A stretch of 64,000 nucleotides of DNA from Ginglymostoma cirratum (lineage: Eukaryota): contig JAHRHZ010000048.1 in assembly GCA_024137785.1 (NCBI GenBank), positions 6,975,654 to 7,039,653 of the forward strand, written 5' to 3'. The notes under the pieces are model-generated. The model was not told where the DNA came from. It saw only the letters and a list, made by a program, of their open reading frames with translations, and searched no databases. Shown in pieces: positions 51,146 to 62,023 of the stretch. The position numbers were made by a program, and so were the translations under genes. Numbering within the stretch: position 1 is the stretch's first letter; each line of letters begins with the position of its first letter.

Positions 51146-51685
51146 TGATAGGGCCAGCTTTCACTAAGTAGCAATAAGATGGCCGACGGCTTGCCCATCA
51201 CTGAATAGCAAAAGATGGCTGCTCACAAATATTGCTGACATTAACATTTTTCCTTGGACAACTAAAACCATCAGATAACAAAATTAACATTTCCAAATAT
51301 ATTTGAACAATGGAATAATCATAGCTAGTACATACATTTGAAGAACATTCTGTAAGCCATAGATAAAATATGGCAACTTTCGAGGTCAGAACTAGCTATA
51401 TTTGACATGTGATTCAACTCTGTAAATCATGGAAAAACAGTTCCGATCTCACATTATTAATTGTTTGATCAATAATTATAGAACCAAATTAGTTCATAAG
51501 AGGTTTCAAACCAGATAACAAATGGTTAACTACAACCACAAATGTCTCTCTATCTTTTTCTCTTTTTTTTAAGATATAGAAGTATTAATTGGAATGTATT
51601 AAACCACATAATTGTGTTGGAACTGATCAAAAATCAATATACTCCTGTAACTCAGATTCTCATTGAAAGATACAAGATCTCGGAA
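51146..51685 (+). repeat. ERV 5' LTR (~540 bp)
   Basis: Starts TG right after the TSD. Its end (ctgtaactcagattctcattgaaagat..aagatct) is repeated at 57607-57642. ATTAAA at ~51598 and two aagatggc YY1-like motifs near 51176 and 51212. Confidence 0.8.
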
Positions 51686-51687
51686 TT

Positions 51688-51705
51688 TGGTGCAGTCGAC
51701 AGGAT
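51688..51705 (+). promoter_or_regulatory. Primer-binding site, tRNA-Ser-like
   Basis: TGGTGCAGTCGACAGGAT versus the vertebrate tRNA-Ser complement TGGCGTAGTCGGCAGGAT as I recall it (15/18), directly after the LTR. Confidence 0.75.
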
Positions 51706-51949
51706 TGCTGAAAAACACAAGACGTCTTCGTAGACTAAAGACCCATTTTTGGTGCTTCCGATGTAAGAAAACCTCCCCAAATAATTCCTTGGTCAGTTGT
51801 CTAAATGTGAAGGTCTTTCCCTTCACACGATTCCAAACTCTGGCAGAACAGGAAGGCTTGAGCTGTATGAAAATTTCATATCAGCCTACGGTGGAGCTGA
51901 GGTAATAGTCTCCAACCAAGGCTTATCATCAAGCATTTGAATTGAGACA

Positions 51950-53462
51950 CATGACAGATGATAAAAACACAGGACTACCAACAACTATGAAAGGTGGGCT
52001 GGCCTCACCTGACATATCAGGAGATGAAATTCTGCTGAAACCAGAAGGATGTATAGAACAACAATTCAACCCACATAAAAATTCTGTAAAATCAAACAAA
52101 AGCACAATACCTCCACAGGACAACGATCCTTGCATCATGTTAAAAAGGTCTGGGGGAAAACAACTATATTGAGAGAGAAAGAAGGGATAAGGTGATCCCT
52201 TGCCTTGATGGGAAAGGTCAGACAGTGAAATGAGATTATAACCTGTTCTCAATATTAGCAAGGTTTAACCAGCATAAAAGAACAATTAAGAAGGGGTGCG
52301 TAAAGAATTGAAAGGAACTATAAAGGAAACAGAGGAATCTAAAAGAAAGTGTGACAACATAGAGTCAGAAAACAAGAAACTCAAGAAACAATTAATTAAA
52401 GAGCCTAGCAAGCCCTTTGAGCCCAAAGAGAATCTTGGACCAGATATCCCTAATTAAAACAATTAGCTAAGGACCAATAGAAGACACAAAGGAGGGGGGC
52501 TGATTTACACACGGATTCTGACTCCTCTGATGATTCAGAAGAGGAAACTAAACCATGGCGTACTCCCTTGAGAAGTAAAAGGGCGAAAGTTAAAACAGAG
52601 GAGAGAGACAACAGTGATGATGGGGTCATACCTCCACTTAACATTTATAGAAAACATTACTACCATATGCCTGCAGACCCAGAAAAACAGATACGTGGTC
52701 TAAAGAGATACCCGTTCCTAATAAGGTAGGAATGGAAATGTGGAAGCAGTTGGAAAGACTGAGGAACATTTACAAGTTACATCTGAAAGATGGAGTCCAA
52801 GGATTGTCAGTATTGACAACACTTAGTGAAGAAAAGTAAGTAGGAGGGTGTACGAAACATTGGACAGGGGTGAACAAAATTTTGACCGAAGCTGGGAAGC
52901 AATATGGAATTGGTTGCGAGAGGTTTGTCCCCTAATGACAGATTGGGCGAAAGTGATGGCATGTACACAAAAAGTGACATCCACTTGAGTATTTTGAAAG
53001 GTTTAAGGTAGCATGGTCAGATCACTCTGGGTTTGACATTAGGGAACCCAAAGACTTGGATGACACCAGTGTGGAACTAAAGACTGCCTTTGTGGTAGGA
53101 CTGAAGCCAGAACTAGCTAAAATGTTGAAAGTAGGCAATCACGACTTGGAGGATGACCTAGTGACAGTGGGAAATCTGCCCCATTGGTGCCATAGGCTGG
53201 ACAGGGCCATGGATGCTAAGGTGAGACCAATGTGGAAATGGGGAAAATCAAGTGAGAAACAATTGTCAAGAAGGCCCCCTGACAAATGCCACCATTGTGG
53301 CAAGAAAGGAGATCGGGCAAAGACTTGTGGAGCTAAGCAACAAGACAGCAAGGTAACTCTAAATCAGAATCAAACCCCTTCTCAGAACAATTGTTGATAG
53401 ACAGGATCAAAAATATGACTGCAGAACAACAGAAGTAAATGTTAAATGTCACAAAAAACTAG
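51950..53462 (+). pseudogene. gag: ERV gag, decayed
   Basis: DWAKVMACTQK...EYFERFK..W..HSG (MHR-like), LKTAFVVGLKPEL, zinc knuckle CHHCGKKGDRAKTC (H replaced by D); ends ACA AAA AAC TAG. Confidence 0.85.
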
Positions 53463-56360
53463 AGGAGCCCGCCCTCTTCCTCACTGCACCTCTGACAGCT
53501 CTAGTACAAAAATGAGAGGATGGAATTTATATCCCTACAATACATGGAATGGGAAACCAAGACCTTACTAAGAAAAGAAAATGTCTGGTGTTCATTGAAT
53601 TGGGCTTGTATGAATTACTGGCGCCAGTGTGAGCAGGACCGGTGGAACAAGCTCGCTTGGGATTGGACATTCTGGCCCAGGTAAACTCCTCCTTGCACTT
53701 TGAAAATGGTAAAGTGACCTGGTCCATAAGGATGCTTGAAAAAGGAAGAGTTAAGAGACCACCCAATGTGGGCACAGGATAAGAACGCAAACAAAGTTGC
53801 TGGAAAAGCCCATCAGGTCTGGCAGCACCTGTGAAGGGAAAAACAGAGTTAACGTTTCGGGTCCGGTGACCCTTAGAATGTTCTCAGAACACAGTTCTGA
53901 GGAAGGGTCACCAGGCCTGAAACATTAACCCTGTTTTTTCCTTCACAGATGCTGCCAGACCTGCTGAGCTTTTCCAGCAACTTTGTTTTTGTTTCTGATT
54001 TACAACATCCACAGTTCTTTCTGTTTTTATTTAAAGGATAAGAACAATTGCGGCCTACTCCAATTGAAACCGGAATCGTTCACTGGATTCACCCCTCCAT
54101 GCACCAAAAAATACCCCATTAGTCCAGCGTCAATTGTAGGAATCTTGCCGGTCATGTAGCAACTGGAAGACCAAGATGTACTGGCAAAAATGCATAGCCC
54201 CTCCAACAGCCCCATATGGCAGGTACAAAAACCTAATGCAATTTGACACCTTGACAGTTGACTATAGAAAGGCCAAGCAATGAGTTGGTCAGAAAGCTCC
54301 TTTGGTTACAGATCCCACCACCAATTTAAATGCCCTTACACCGGAACACAAATACTTTTCGGTGATAGCTATGGCTAACCGATTTCGATCAGTACCTCTG
54401 GCATCTGAAGTTCAACACGGTTGCTTTACTGTCCAGCAACAACAGTACACATGGACCCAGCTACCACAGAGTTTCCACAGCAGTCCTACTGTATTTCACG
54501 TGGCCCTGCAAAATCACTTGCAAGAATTACCCGCATTGTCTTCTGTGGTTATTCAATATGTGGATGATATTCTAAATGCCTTCAGTACAGAGGAACAGCA
54601 TAAGCAAGATCTGCGAATCTTGCATGGACCACTTACACTCTTGAAGACATAAAGCAAATTTTAACAAGGCCAAAGTGTTGCAAGAAGAGGCTGTGTTTTT
54701 GGGACAGAAGATTTCAGAGCGATAAAGAGAACTTACTCAGGACAGAACTACAGCAATTCAGAAGGCCCAAGAACCAACTGCCATCTGGGAACTCAGATCC
54801 TTTTTTGGACTATGCAACAGGAATTTAACAGGAAATGGTTCAATTTCTATTCACAACTAGCTCAGCCACTGAATGACCTCTTAAAAAGCAAGAGAACATC
54901 AAAAGAGGTAATTACCCTCATGGAAGAACAATGAGACTTTTAAGAATCTAAGAAAAGGTCTTATGCTCAGCACCAGCTTTGGGAATTCCTGACAGTGGAA
55001 ATCCATTTACCCTTTTTGTAAATGAAAAGGAAAGATACATGACAGCCATATGAAGACGAAGATGGCCGCATGGAAATTTTAAAATAAATAGGCAAAGCAG
55101 CTCTAGCAGCAGAGGAGCCTCTACAGAATCCAGACCTCATTCTTTTTACAGAGAGATCCTTTTTCATTTAAAACGGAGTCAGAAAAGTAGGATGGATAGT
55201 CACCAGTCTACATGAAGGTGCAGCAAAAGGTAGTTTACTTGCTGGAACATCAGCCCAACAGGCAGAGAGGCTCTATCGGAAGCATGCCAGTTAGCAGAGG
55301 GGCAGACAGCTAATATCTACACGGATTCCTGCTATGCTTTTGGAGTAGCCCATGATTTTGGGCCACTATGGCAAAGGAGGGGATTCCTTATAGCTGCACG
55401 TACCCCCGTCCAAAATGGGAACAATGTCTGAAATCTACTTGAAGTCATACAATTACCTCAAAAAGTCTCCATCCTGAAGTGTAAAGCCCATGCTAAAGAG
55501 AACACAATAGAAGCCCAGGGAAACGCTCTGGCTGATCAAACAGCCTAAGAAGCCTCCTCACAAGAAGCGTCTCCAATGGAACCCACCTTAATATCTAAAT
55601 TAAAGATGCTTGGGACTTTAACACAAGACCTAAACAGTATGCAGAGTCAATGCTCCTGAGAGGAAAAATGGACTTGGATTGAGCCAGGAATTCAATTGTG
55701 TAACAAGTGTATCCAGAGACACAGGCAGATGGACAAACCCTTTGCCCTGCAGGCACTAATGCCCTTTGTGGCACAACAGATCCACTCATGGGGGCATTTG
55801 GCTCTGTAATAAATGATGGCACGATCCCAGAAGAGCTGGTGGGGTCGGGGTTTTAAAAAAACATTCCCAGGTGGCAACAGACCGTTGCGTAAACTGCCAG
55901 AGGAACAACACTGGGCTCATCACAAACCTGCTCCACCTGAGACCCCATGACCCTGCAGGACCGACCTAACACCCACAAGTCAATTATCTATCTCTCCCAC
56001 CATGTCAAGGCTTATTACTGAAGTCTTAGTTATTGTTGACAAATTCTCCAGATGGGTAGAAGCCTCTCCAACCTGGTGAGCCACATCAATTATACAGCTG
56101 AAGTTATGTGTAGGGATTACATTTCCCAGTAGGGAAGCCTGACCAAGGGGTACACTTCACAAGTGCTGTCTGTCAGGAAGTTTGCAGGTTGTTAAACATT
56201 AAATGGGACCCCCACTGCCCTTATCACCCCCAGTCATCAGGGCAAGTGGAATGAACCAACCAGACAATAAAACAAAGACTTGCTAAGTGCTACCAATAGG
56301 GAGTGTCCTGGCCACAAGCCCTGTCAATAGTACTATGCAGCATCCAAATGCATAAATTGA
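53453..56360 (+). pseudogene. pol: ERV pro-pol, decayed with internal deletions
   Basis: PR LGLDIL; RT NSPIW.VQK, LTVDYR, YTWTQLPQSFHSSPTVF, QYVDDIL; RNaseH SAQQAE, IYTDS.YAFGVAHDFG, KAH..GNALAD; IN H..H/C..C, VIVDKFSRWVEA, DQG.HFT, YHPQSSGQVE.TN. Confidence 0.92.
53787..54034. mobile_element. Penelope-terminus-derived palindromic mini-element inserted in the ERV RT
   Basis: Inverted arms with a hammerhead-like centre; 11-bp TSD aggataagaac (53776-53786 and 54035-54045). Confidence 0.9.
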
Positions 56361-56369
56361 CTATATTAC

Positions 56370-57590
56370 TGACTGTGAGTATTTTGAGTGTTTGCTTGTT
56401 AGTAAGTTGCCATTCCTCGCGTCAGAAGGGAGAAGAAGGAAAAGGGGATTGCAGGTAAAGACCTTCTTGTATACATCTACACCTGCGCCAAACGAGCTAA
56501 TGTTGGTGGATATGCCCCCACATTCCCAACCACTCAAAACAGAGCATCCCCTTAAGACCCCATCCCTTTTAATGTATCTGAAATGGCAGAATGGGTAATT
56601 CACCAGAATACCTCTTCAAAGGGTCCGCGACGACTGAATCCTCAGCAGGGACAGGGGTGTATTGGGTGTGCATGAATGACCCCTGAGAGCGGTGGGAATC
56701 AGCAGGTTGCAACCTTTGCAGGGTGGTGCCAGCCAAATTACGACAACTCTTGACAACTCCCACTCGTTACCCTTGCTAACACCGCTGGAATGGGTAAACC
56801 AGCAGGAGGAATATGTTTATGCAAACTCCAGACAGGACTGCAGGAGATGGGATACAGCAAGTGTTCCCAATATTGGAATGTAACCCAGGGTGTTGTCTCC
56901 ACCCTCCTGACATTCCAAAATCTCATCAGCAAAGGTCTTTTCCAGCAAAGTTGGTGTCCCAAGATAATAACTGCGTTTACCCCTTAGAATGGTAGTTACT
57001 TTGTTTGCTGCCATAAGGCCTATGCTTGGTTACCCTCATCATAGACGGGATCATCTTACTTGAGTTTTGTCGTCCCCTTTGTCTACCATTTATTCTCCCA
57101 ACCTGAGATACCCCACTGGCAAAGATCTATAAGGGCTGTTACAGAAATAGAGAGATTGGAACCACTAAATTATCCATTAACATGGCTGCTAACCCAGAAC
57201 AGGTGGCCAATGATACTGCAGAGGCCTTGGATGAAATAAGTGCTGAAATGGTAGCCATCTGTAAAACAGCACTGCAGAATAGATGGCTCCTCATTGGACG
57301 TTGTCGGAAAATGGAGGTATTTGTGCCCAATCAGGGCTGAGTGCTGTACTAACACTCCAGGTAACTCCAGGGCAATTACTGATTTAGCAGCACATATACG
57401 AAAAGAGGTGGACAAACTTAAACAACCCCATCCCCTACTCTGCGGAGTTGGGCAACGGGCTAGTTGGGATCCTTGGGAACCTCACTGGTGCAGGGGGTGG
57501 TGTTATTTGTTATTGTAATTCTCATTTTGTATTGTTTGTTTCTATTAATCAAATGTTGTTGCCAAAAGGTGATTTCTGCAAGTTAGGCTC
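56370..57590 (+). pseudogene. env: ERV env with a gamma-type TM subunit, decayed
   Basis: YWVC, HKAYAWLP, heptad ALDEISAEMVAI, ISD ALQNR (57269-57283), frameshifted GGIC..AECC (CX6CC) and a hydrophobic membrane anchor ~57490-57560. Confidence 0.85.
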
Positions 57591-57606
57591 CCGAAAGGTG
57601 AGCAAG

Positions 57607-57646
57607 CTGTAACTCAGACTCTCATTGAAAGATTTAAGATCTAACA
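57607..57646 (+). repeat. Remnant (U5 end) of the ERV 3' LTR
   Basis: Matches 51645-51680; ends ..ctaaCA immediately before the TSD. Confidence 0.8.
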
Positions 57647-57651
57647 CCAAG

Positions 57652-57851
57652 TCACCCTTTATTTACACATGGAGAGTCCTTGACACTAATCCAGCTCCCT
57701 CAGAGCCAGCTTTCAGAGTGAACAGAACATCTGACAATCCTGTTTATATCTGTCAGCCAGGACTCTCTGATTGAACCAGATTAATGGCCCCAAAATCAGG
57801 GAACTCATATTCTATGAGGTCCCCCTGGCCGATCTCGTAACAATCACTCCA
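57652..57851 (-). repeat. Remainder of the Gypsy LTR split by the ERV
   Basis: Joins 51109-51145 across the TSD; minus-strand AATAAA near 57660 and a TG start at ~57851. Confidence 0.7.
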
Positions 57852-59249
57852 CTCTGCTTGACTTCTGAATCCTGTTAGATACCTGGAAATAGCCACAGTA
57901 AGGATGCCACTGGCTCTATAGTTGGTGGACAAATCCACTGTTGCAACCGTGAAATACAAACCCATTCACTGCACTTTTACAAACTTTACAAGACTGGCTA
58001 CACTTCAAAAAGCAACTTAGCACTTCCAGAAATCTTGAGGGTATGAAAGATACTTTATAAAAGCAAGGTACCTGATCTACCAGGTTTGCACCAAACGATG
58101 TAATGGCATGACAATGACACAGATGGACATCCTGCATTTTTCTGTGTATACACTGGCTATGCTTTTAGAGAAGGTTACGATCAAAACTTGAAATGGCCCA
58201 AATCTGGGCTATCATGAAGCCTGACTTATTGGTAGTTCTTGAATTGGCTTTGATAAACCCTAATGATGATTATATTGCATGCCATTTTTCACCTCCTAGT
58301 TTCTCTTGGTCAGGTTGGGCTGTTCAGCAGAAAAGCAGTAAATCATATTAGGCAGCTAACTCAATAAAGCATGTTCAGCAGAAGGTAAAACGAAGAATAA
58401 AAGTTGACGAATAGAGCATTCAAACAGATATAAATACATTTTAAGTCCATACATGAATCCACTCAAAATTGTGTAAAATACCTCTTTGGACTTGTAAAGA
58501 TAACACCTGCTTTTTTAAGCCTAAATATTTAAATAATATATTTTCTCACACTGGTGTGATTCATACATTTACTTCTGTGAATAGGATTGATGCATCAATC
58601 ATACACCTAACGGTTCTGTTGTATTTTACAGTCATTTCATTTCATTTATTATTAATGTTGACTGCTACTTTCTTGATCCTCTTGTTGTGGGCTGCTCACA
58701 TTAGAATTTTCTTGCTTTCATTTGCTGTGTTGTGTCCAGTGGCGTCCTGGGGACAACAAATAACAAATATATTTATTTTCGCCAAGATGGCAGAGGCAGC
58801 AGGACAGGTGGTGTTCTGGCTCCTGGTCCGACTGCTCACTCTCACAGGACCGATTGCATCCTGACTTAAATTTTATTTTTCTTCATTTCACTTTTGAATC
58901 AAATTCATTTTTCTTCTTTGTGCAGGTGTGGTGGTGGGGAGCTGTCAAGTGATGCATCCTCATTATTCCCCGTGGCCATTGTGGTCGTGGCTTGAACAAC
59001 TATTCCAGCGTCGATGGATTGGGGTCAGTTTTCTCCCCCCAGAATTTCAGAGGCGTCTGAAACCACAGTGGAATGAATGCTCCCTCAGGTCCTCATTTGG
59101 ATGGTCCCTTTAGCCTTGGACGTTGAGAGTGGGCCCCAGTCCTTGACAGTTGGGACAGTCTCCTGGCTTTAGCAGCAGCTGGCATTCTGGGTCCAGTCAG
59201 CGGTGTTTTAGGAAATGGTTTGGTGGCTACAGACTGCAGCGGCATCCCA

Positions 59250-59590
59250 CAGAATCATGGGATCCCCACAGTGTGGAAACAGGCCATTCGGCCCAACAAG
59301 TCCACACCACCCCTCCGAAGTGCTTAGCACCCAGACCCCTTCCCTTACCCCTGATTTCCCATTGCTAACCCACCTAACCTAAACATTCCTGGGCACTATG
59401 GGCAATTTAGCATGGCCAATGCACCTAAGGTGCACATCTTTCGACTGTAGGAAGAAACTGGAGCACGCGGAGGAAACCCACGCAGACACGGAGAGAATGT
59501 ATAAACTTCTCACAGACAGTTGCCCAAGGCTGGAATCGAACCCGGGTCCCTGGCACTGTGAGGCCACAATGGTAACCACTGAGCCACTGT
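59250..59590 (-). mobile_element. HE1-type V-SINE
   Basis: Tail, V-domain and head. Confidence 0.9.
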
Positions 59591-59721
59591 AATCACTTAG
59601 GAAATCAAGAAGCTGTGTATGGAAAGAATAAACAGGTAAATTATCCTAACTTTGTGTGCGTTATTTCTTTTTATAGTTTATATGAGTAAAATGGTGCTGG
59701 CTTACGACGACTTTATACACA

Positions 59722-59944
59722 GTGTGTGAGTTTCCTCCTGGTGCTCCGCTTTCCTCCCATAATTGGAAGATGCTTATGGTTAGGTGGATTGGCCATGGGA
59801 AATTGCCCATAGTGTCCAGGGATGTGCAGGCTAGGTGGGTTAGCCGTGTTAAATGCAGGGTTACAGGGTGGGATTCGGGTCTGGGTGGGATGCTCATCAG
59901 AGGGTTGGAGTGGACCCAATGGGCTGAATGGCCTGCTAGCACTA
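59722..59944 (+). mobile_element. HE1-type V-SINE, 5'-truncated
   Basis: V-domain and tail. Confidence 0.85.
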
Positions 59945-60067
59945 TTATTATAAATATATTCCAAAATTCGCTGTTTTCAACATTGTACAGTTAGAAGTAG
60001 CTAATTTAGTCTCCCAGTTGTTTTGAGTGTTCTATTTCATTTCACTCTTCTTTTAATACTTTGATCA

Positions 60068-60500
60068 TCTAAAGAAAGAAATGAGTTGCATTTGTAGGTG
60101 CTTTTTATATCCCGAGGATGCCTCAAAGTAGGTGACAGCTCATCGAGTTTCTTTTGAATTTACTGACTGTTGATTTGAAGGCAAATGTAGCATCTGAATA
60201 GTATACAGCAAGATCGCATGAAGAGCAGAGACATAAACGACAATGCAATCAGTTTATCTGACATTTGTTGAAGGATGAATATTGGCTATGAAGCCAAAGG
60301 AACTCCTTGCTTTTCTTTGATCAGGCCATACGAAAGCACTTGTGTCCGTTGGAACTGGGGAAATGGGCATCCGTTTAAAGACTGATATGAAAGATCTGAC
60401 AAAGTCGCATTTGCACACTATCGATTGTACTTCAGTATCAGACTAGGCTTGGTGCTCAGGTTGTGGAGTGGATTTGAACTCATGGTCCTACTTACAGGAG
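60068..60500 (-). mobile_element. DeuSINE-like SINE relic
   Basis: aaagaaagaa..ttgcattt..tgcttt L2-type tail and a B-box-like gtggatttgaactc. Confidence 0.55.
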
Positions 60501-60702
60501 ACAATTGTCAGTTCCTGAAGTGAAATTGGAGTCATACCCTTCAGCAACTCTTCTGCTGGTTGTCATATTACACAAAGTTAGGCACTGAGCCAGAGCCACT
60601 GTCCAACAGCAAACTAGTGGTCACAGTTCTATAAGTTCACAGATGAAAGAGCAATAGCAAAGTTGTGGCCCGCAGGAGGCTGCCCAAGAAACAAACCTAC
60701 AG

Positions 60703-61316
60703 TAAAGGTAACATAGTGTGGAGCTGGAGGAACACAGCAGGCCACGCAGCATCCGAGGAGCAGAAAAGTTGACATTTCAGGTTGGGACCCTTCTTCAGAA
60801 ATAGGGAGGGGNNNNNNNNNNNNNNNNNNNNNNNNNNNNNNNNNNNNNNNNNNNNNNNNNNNNNNNNNNNNNNNNNNNNNNNNNNNNNNNNNNNNNNNNN
60901 NNNNNNNNNNNNNNNNNNNNNNNNNNNNNNNNNNNNNNNNNNNNNNNNNNNNNNNNNNNNNNNNNNNNNNNNNNNNNNNNNNNNNNNNNNNNNNNNNNNN
61001 NNNNNNNNNNNNNNNNNNNNNNNNNNNNNNNNNNNNNNNNNNNNNNNNNNNNNNNNNNNNNNNNNNNNNNNNNNNNNNNNNNNNNNNNNNNNNNNNNNNN
61101 NNNNNNNNNNNNNNNNNNNNNNNNNNNNNNNNNNNNNNNNNNNNNNNNNNNNNNNNNNNNNNNNNNNNNNNNNNNNNNNNNNNNNNNNNNNNNNNNNNNN
61201 NNNNNNNNNNNTCCGAAATGTCAGCTTTCCTGCTCCTCTGATGCTGCGTGGCCTGCTGTGTTCCTCCAGCTCCACACTATGTTATCTCTGACTGCAGCAT
61301 CTGCAGTTCTTGCTGT
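60703..61316. mobile_element. Penelope element or inverted terminal repeats spanning an assembly gap
   Basis: Inverted arms gtgtggagctggaggaacacagcaggcc / ggcctgctgtgttcctccagctccacac; possible TSD ctacag (60697-60702, 61317-61322). Confidence 0.8.
60812..61211. other. Assembly gap (400 N)
   Basis: Run of N. Confidence 1.
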
Positions 61317-61324
61317 CTACAGGT

Positions 61325-61670
61325 AGAGGCTTCATTTCTTTGACATGTATGTACAGCAGTGCTTCAGGAGGCCCAGATTATCATGACAAGGACTGGCAGT
61401 TATCTGCAGTGTGATGGAAGAAAGCCTGCTCCCTCTTGGATCTGGTGGGTCTTGTGCTACCAGTAGCTGTGAAAAGCACCACTGCCCTCAACAGGTACCC
61501 GTTCAGATCTAGAGGCAGCTTACAGTAACGTACAGGCAGAATGATTGTGCTGTGCTACATTCTGTAACATGTTGCATAGCAACAAAGTTTGAACCTTTAA
61601 GGAGAGAACACAACAATCTTTGATCTGTCTTGGATAATGTGGTTAGGAAGAAGAACAAGGACGATGAGGA
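61325..61670 (+). mobile_element. PIF/Harbinger transposase relic with the catalytic core deleted
   Basis: QQCFRRPRLS..LAVICSVMEESLLP..SG..LPVAVKSTTALN joined to RGSLQ...RMIVLCYIL. Confidence 0.65.
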
Positions 61671-61672
61671 GT

Positions 61673-62023
61673 TTTTTTTATTCATTCATTGGACGAGGGT
61701 GCCACTGGCTAGGCCAGCATTAATTGCCCAGAGGGCAGTTAAGAGTCAACCACATTGCTGTGGGTCTGGAGGCACATGTAGGCCAGACCAGGTAAGAGTG
61801 ACAGTTTTCTTCCTTGAATGGTATTAGTGAACCAGATCGGTTTTTTCCCAACAATCAACAATGGTTTCATGGTCATCACTAGACTCTTAATTCCAGATTT
61901 TTTCAAAAATTGAATTCAAATTTCACTATCTGCCCTGGCAGGATTTGAACCCAAGTTTCCACATCATTACCTGGGTCACTGGGTTAACCGTCCAGCAGTT
62001 ATACCATTAGGCCATTGCCTCCC
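61673..62023 (-). mobile_element. tRNA-derived SINE (family of 63430)
   Basis: (ttca)n tail, core and ggatttgaaccc B box on the minus strand. Confidence 0.8.

Larger units (their letters stand above)
51146..57646 (+). mobile_element. Endogenous retrovirus, decayed provirus (LTR-gag-pro-pol-env-partial LTR)
   Basis: TG...CA ends, TSD ccaag at 51141-51145 and 57647-57651, and domain order CA-NC-PR-RT-RH-IN-env. Confidence 0.93.

Noticed and set aside
58469-58864. Hydrophobic 131-aa ORF as a membrane protein
   Set aside because: T-rich composition explains the hydrophobicity, the start is non-ATG, and the 3' end runs into a probable repeat head.
60697-61291. 192-aa and 169-aa ORFs
   Set aside because: Artefacts of translating through the N gap.
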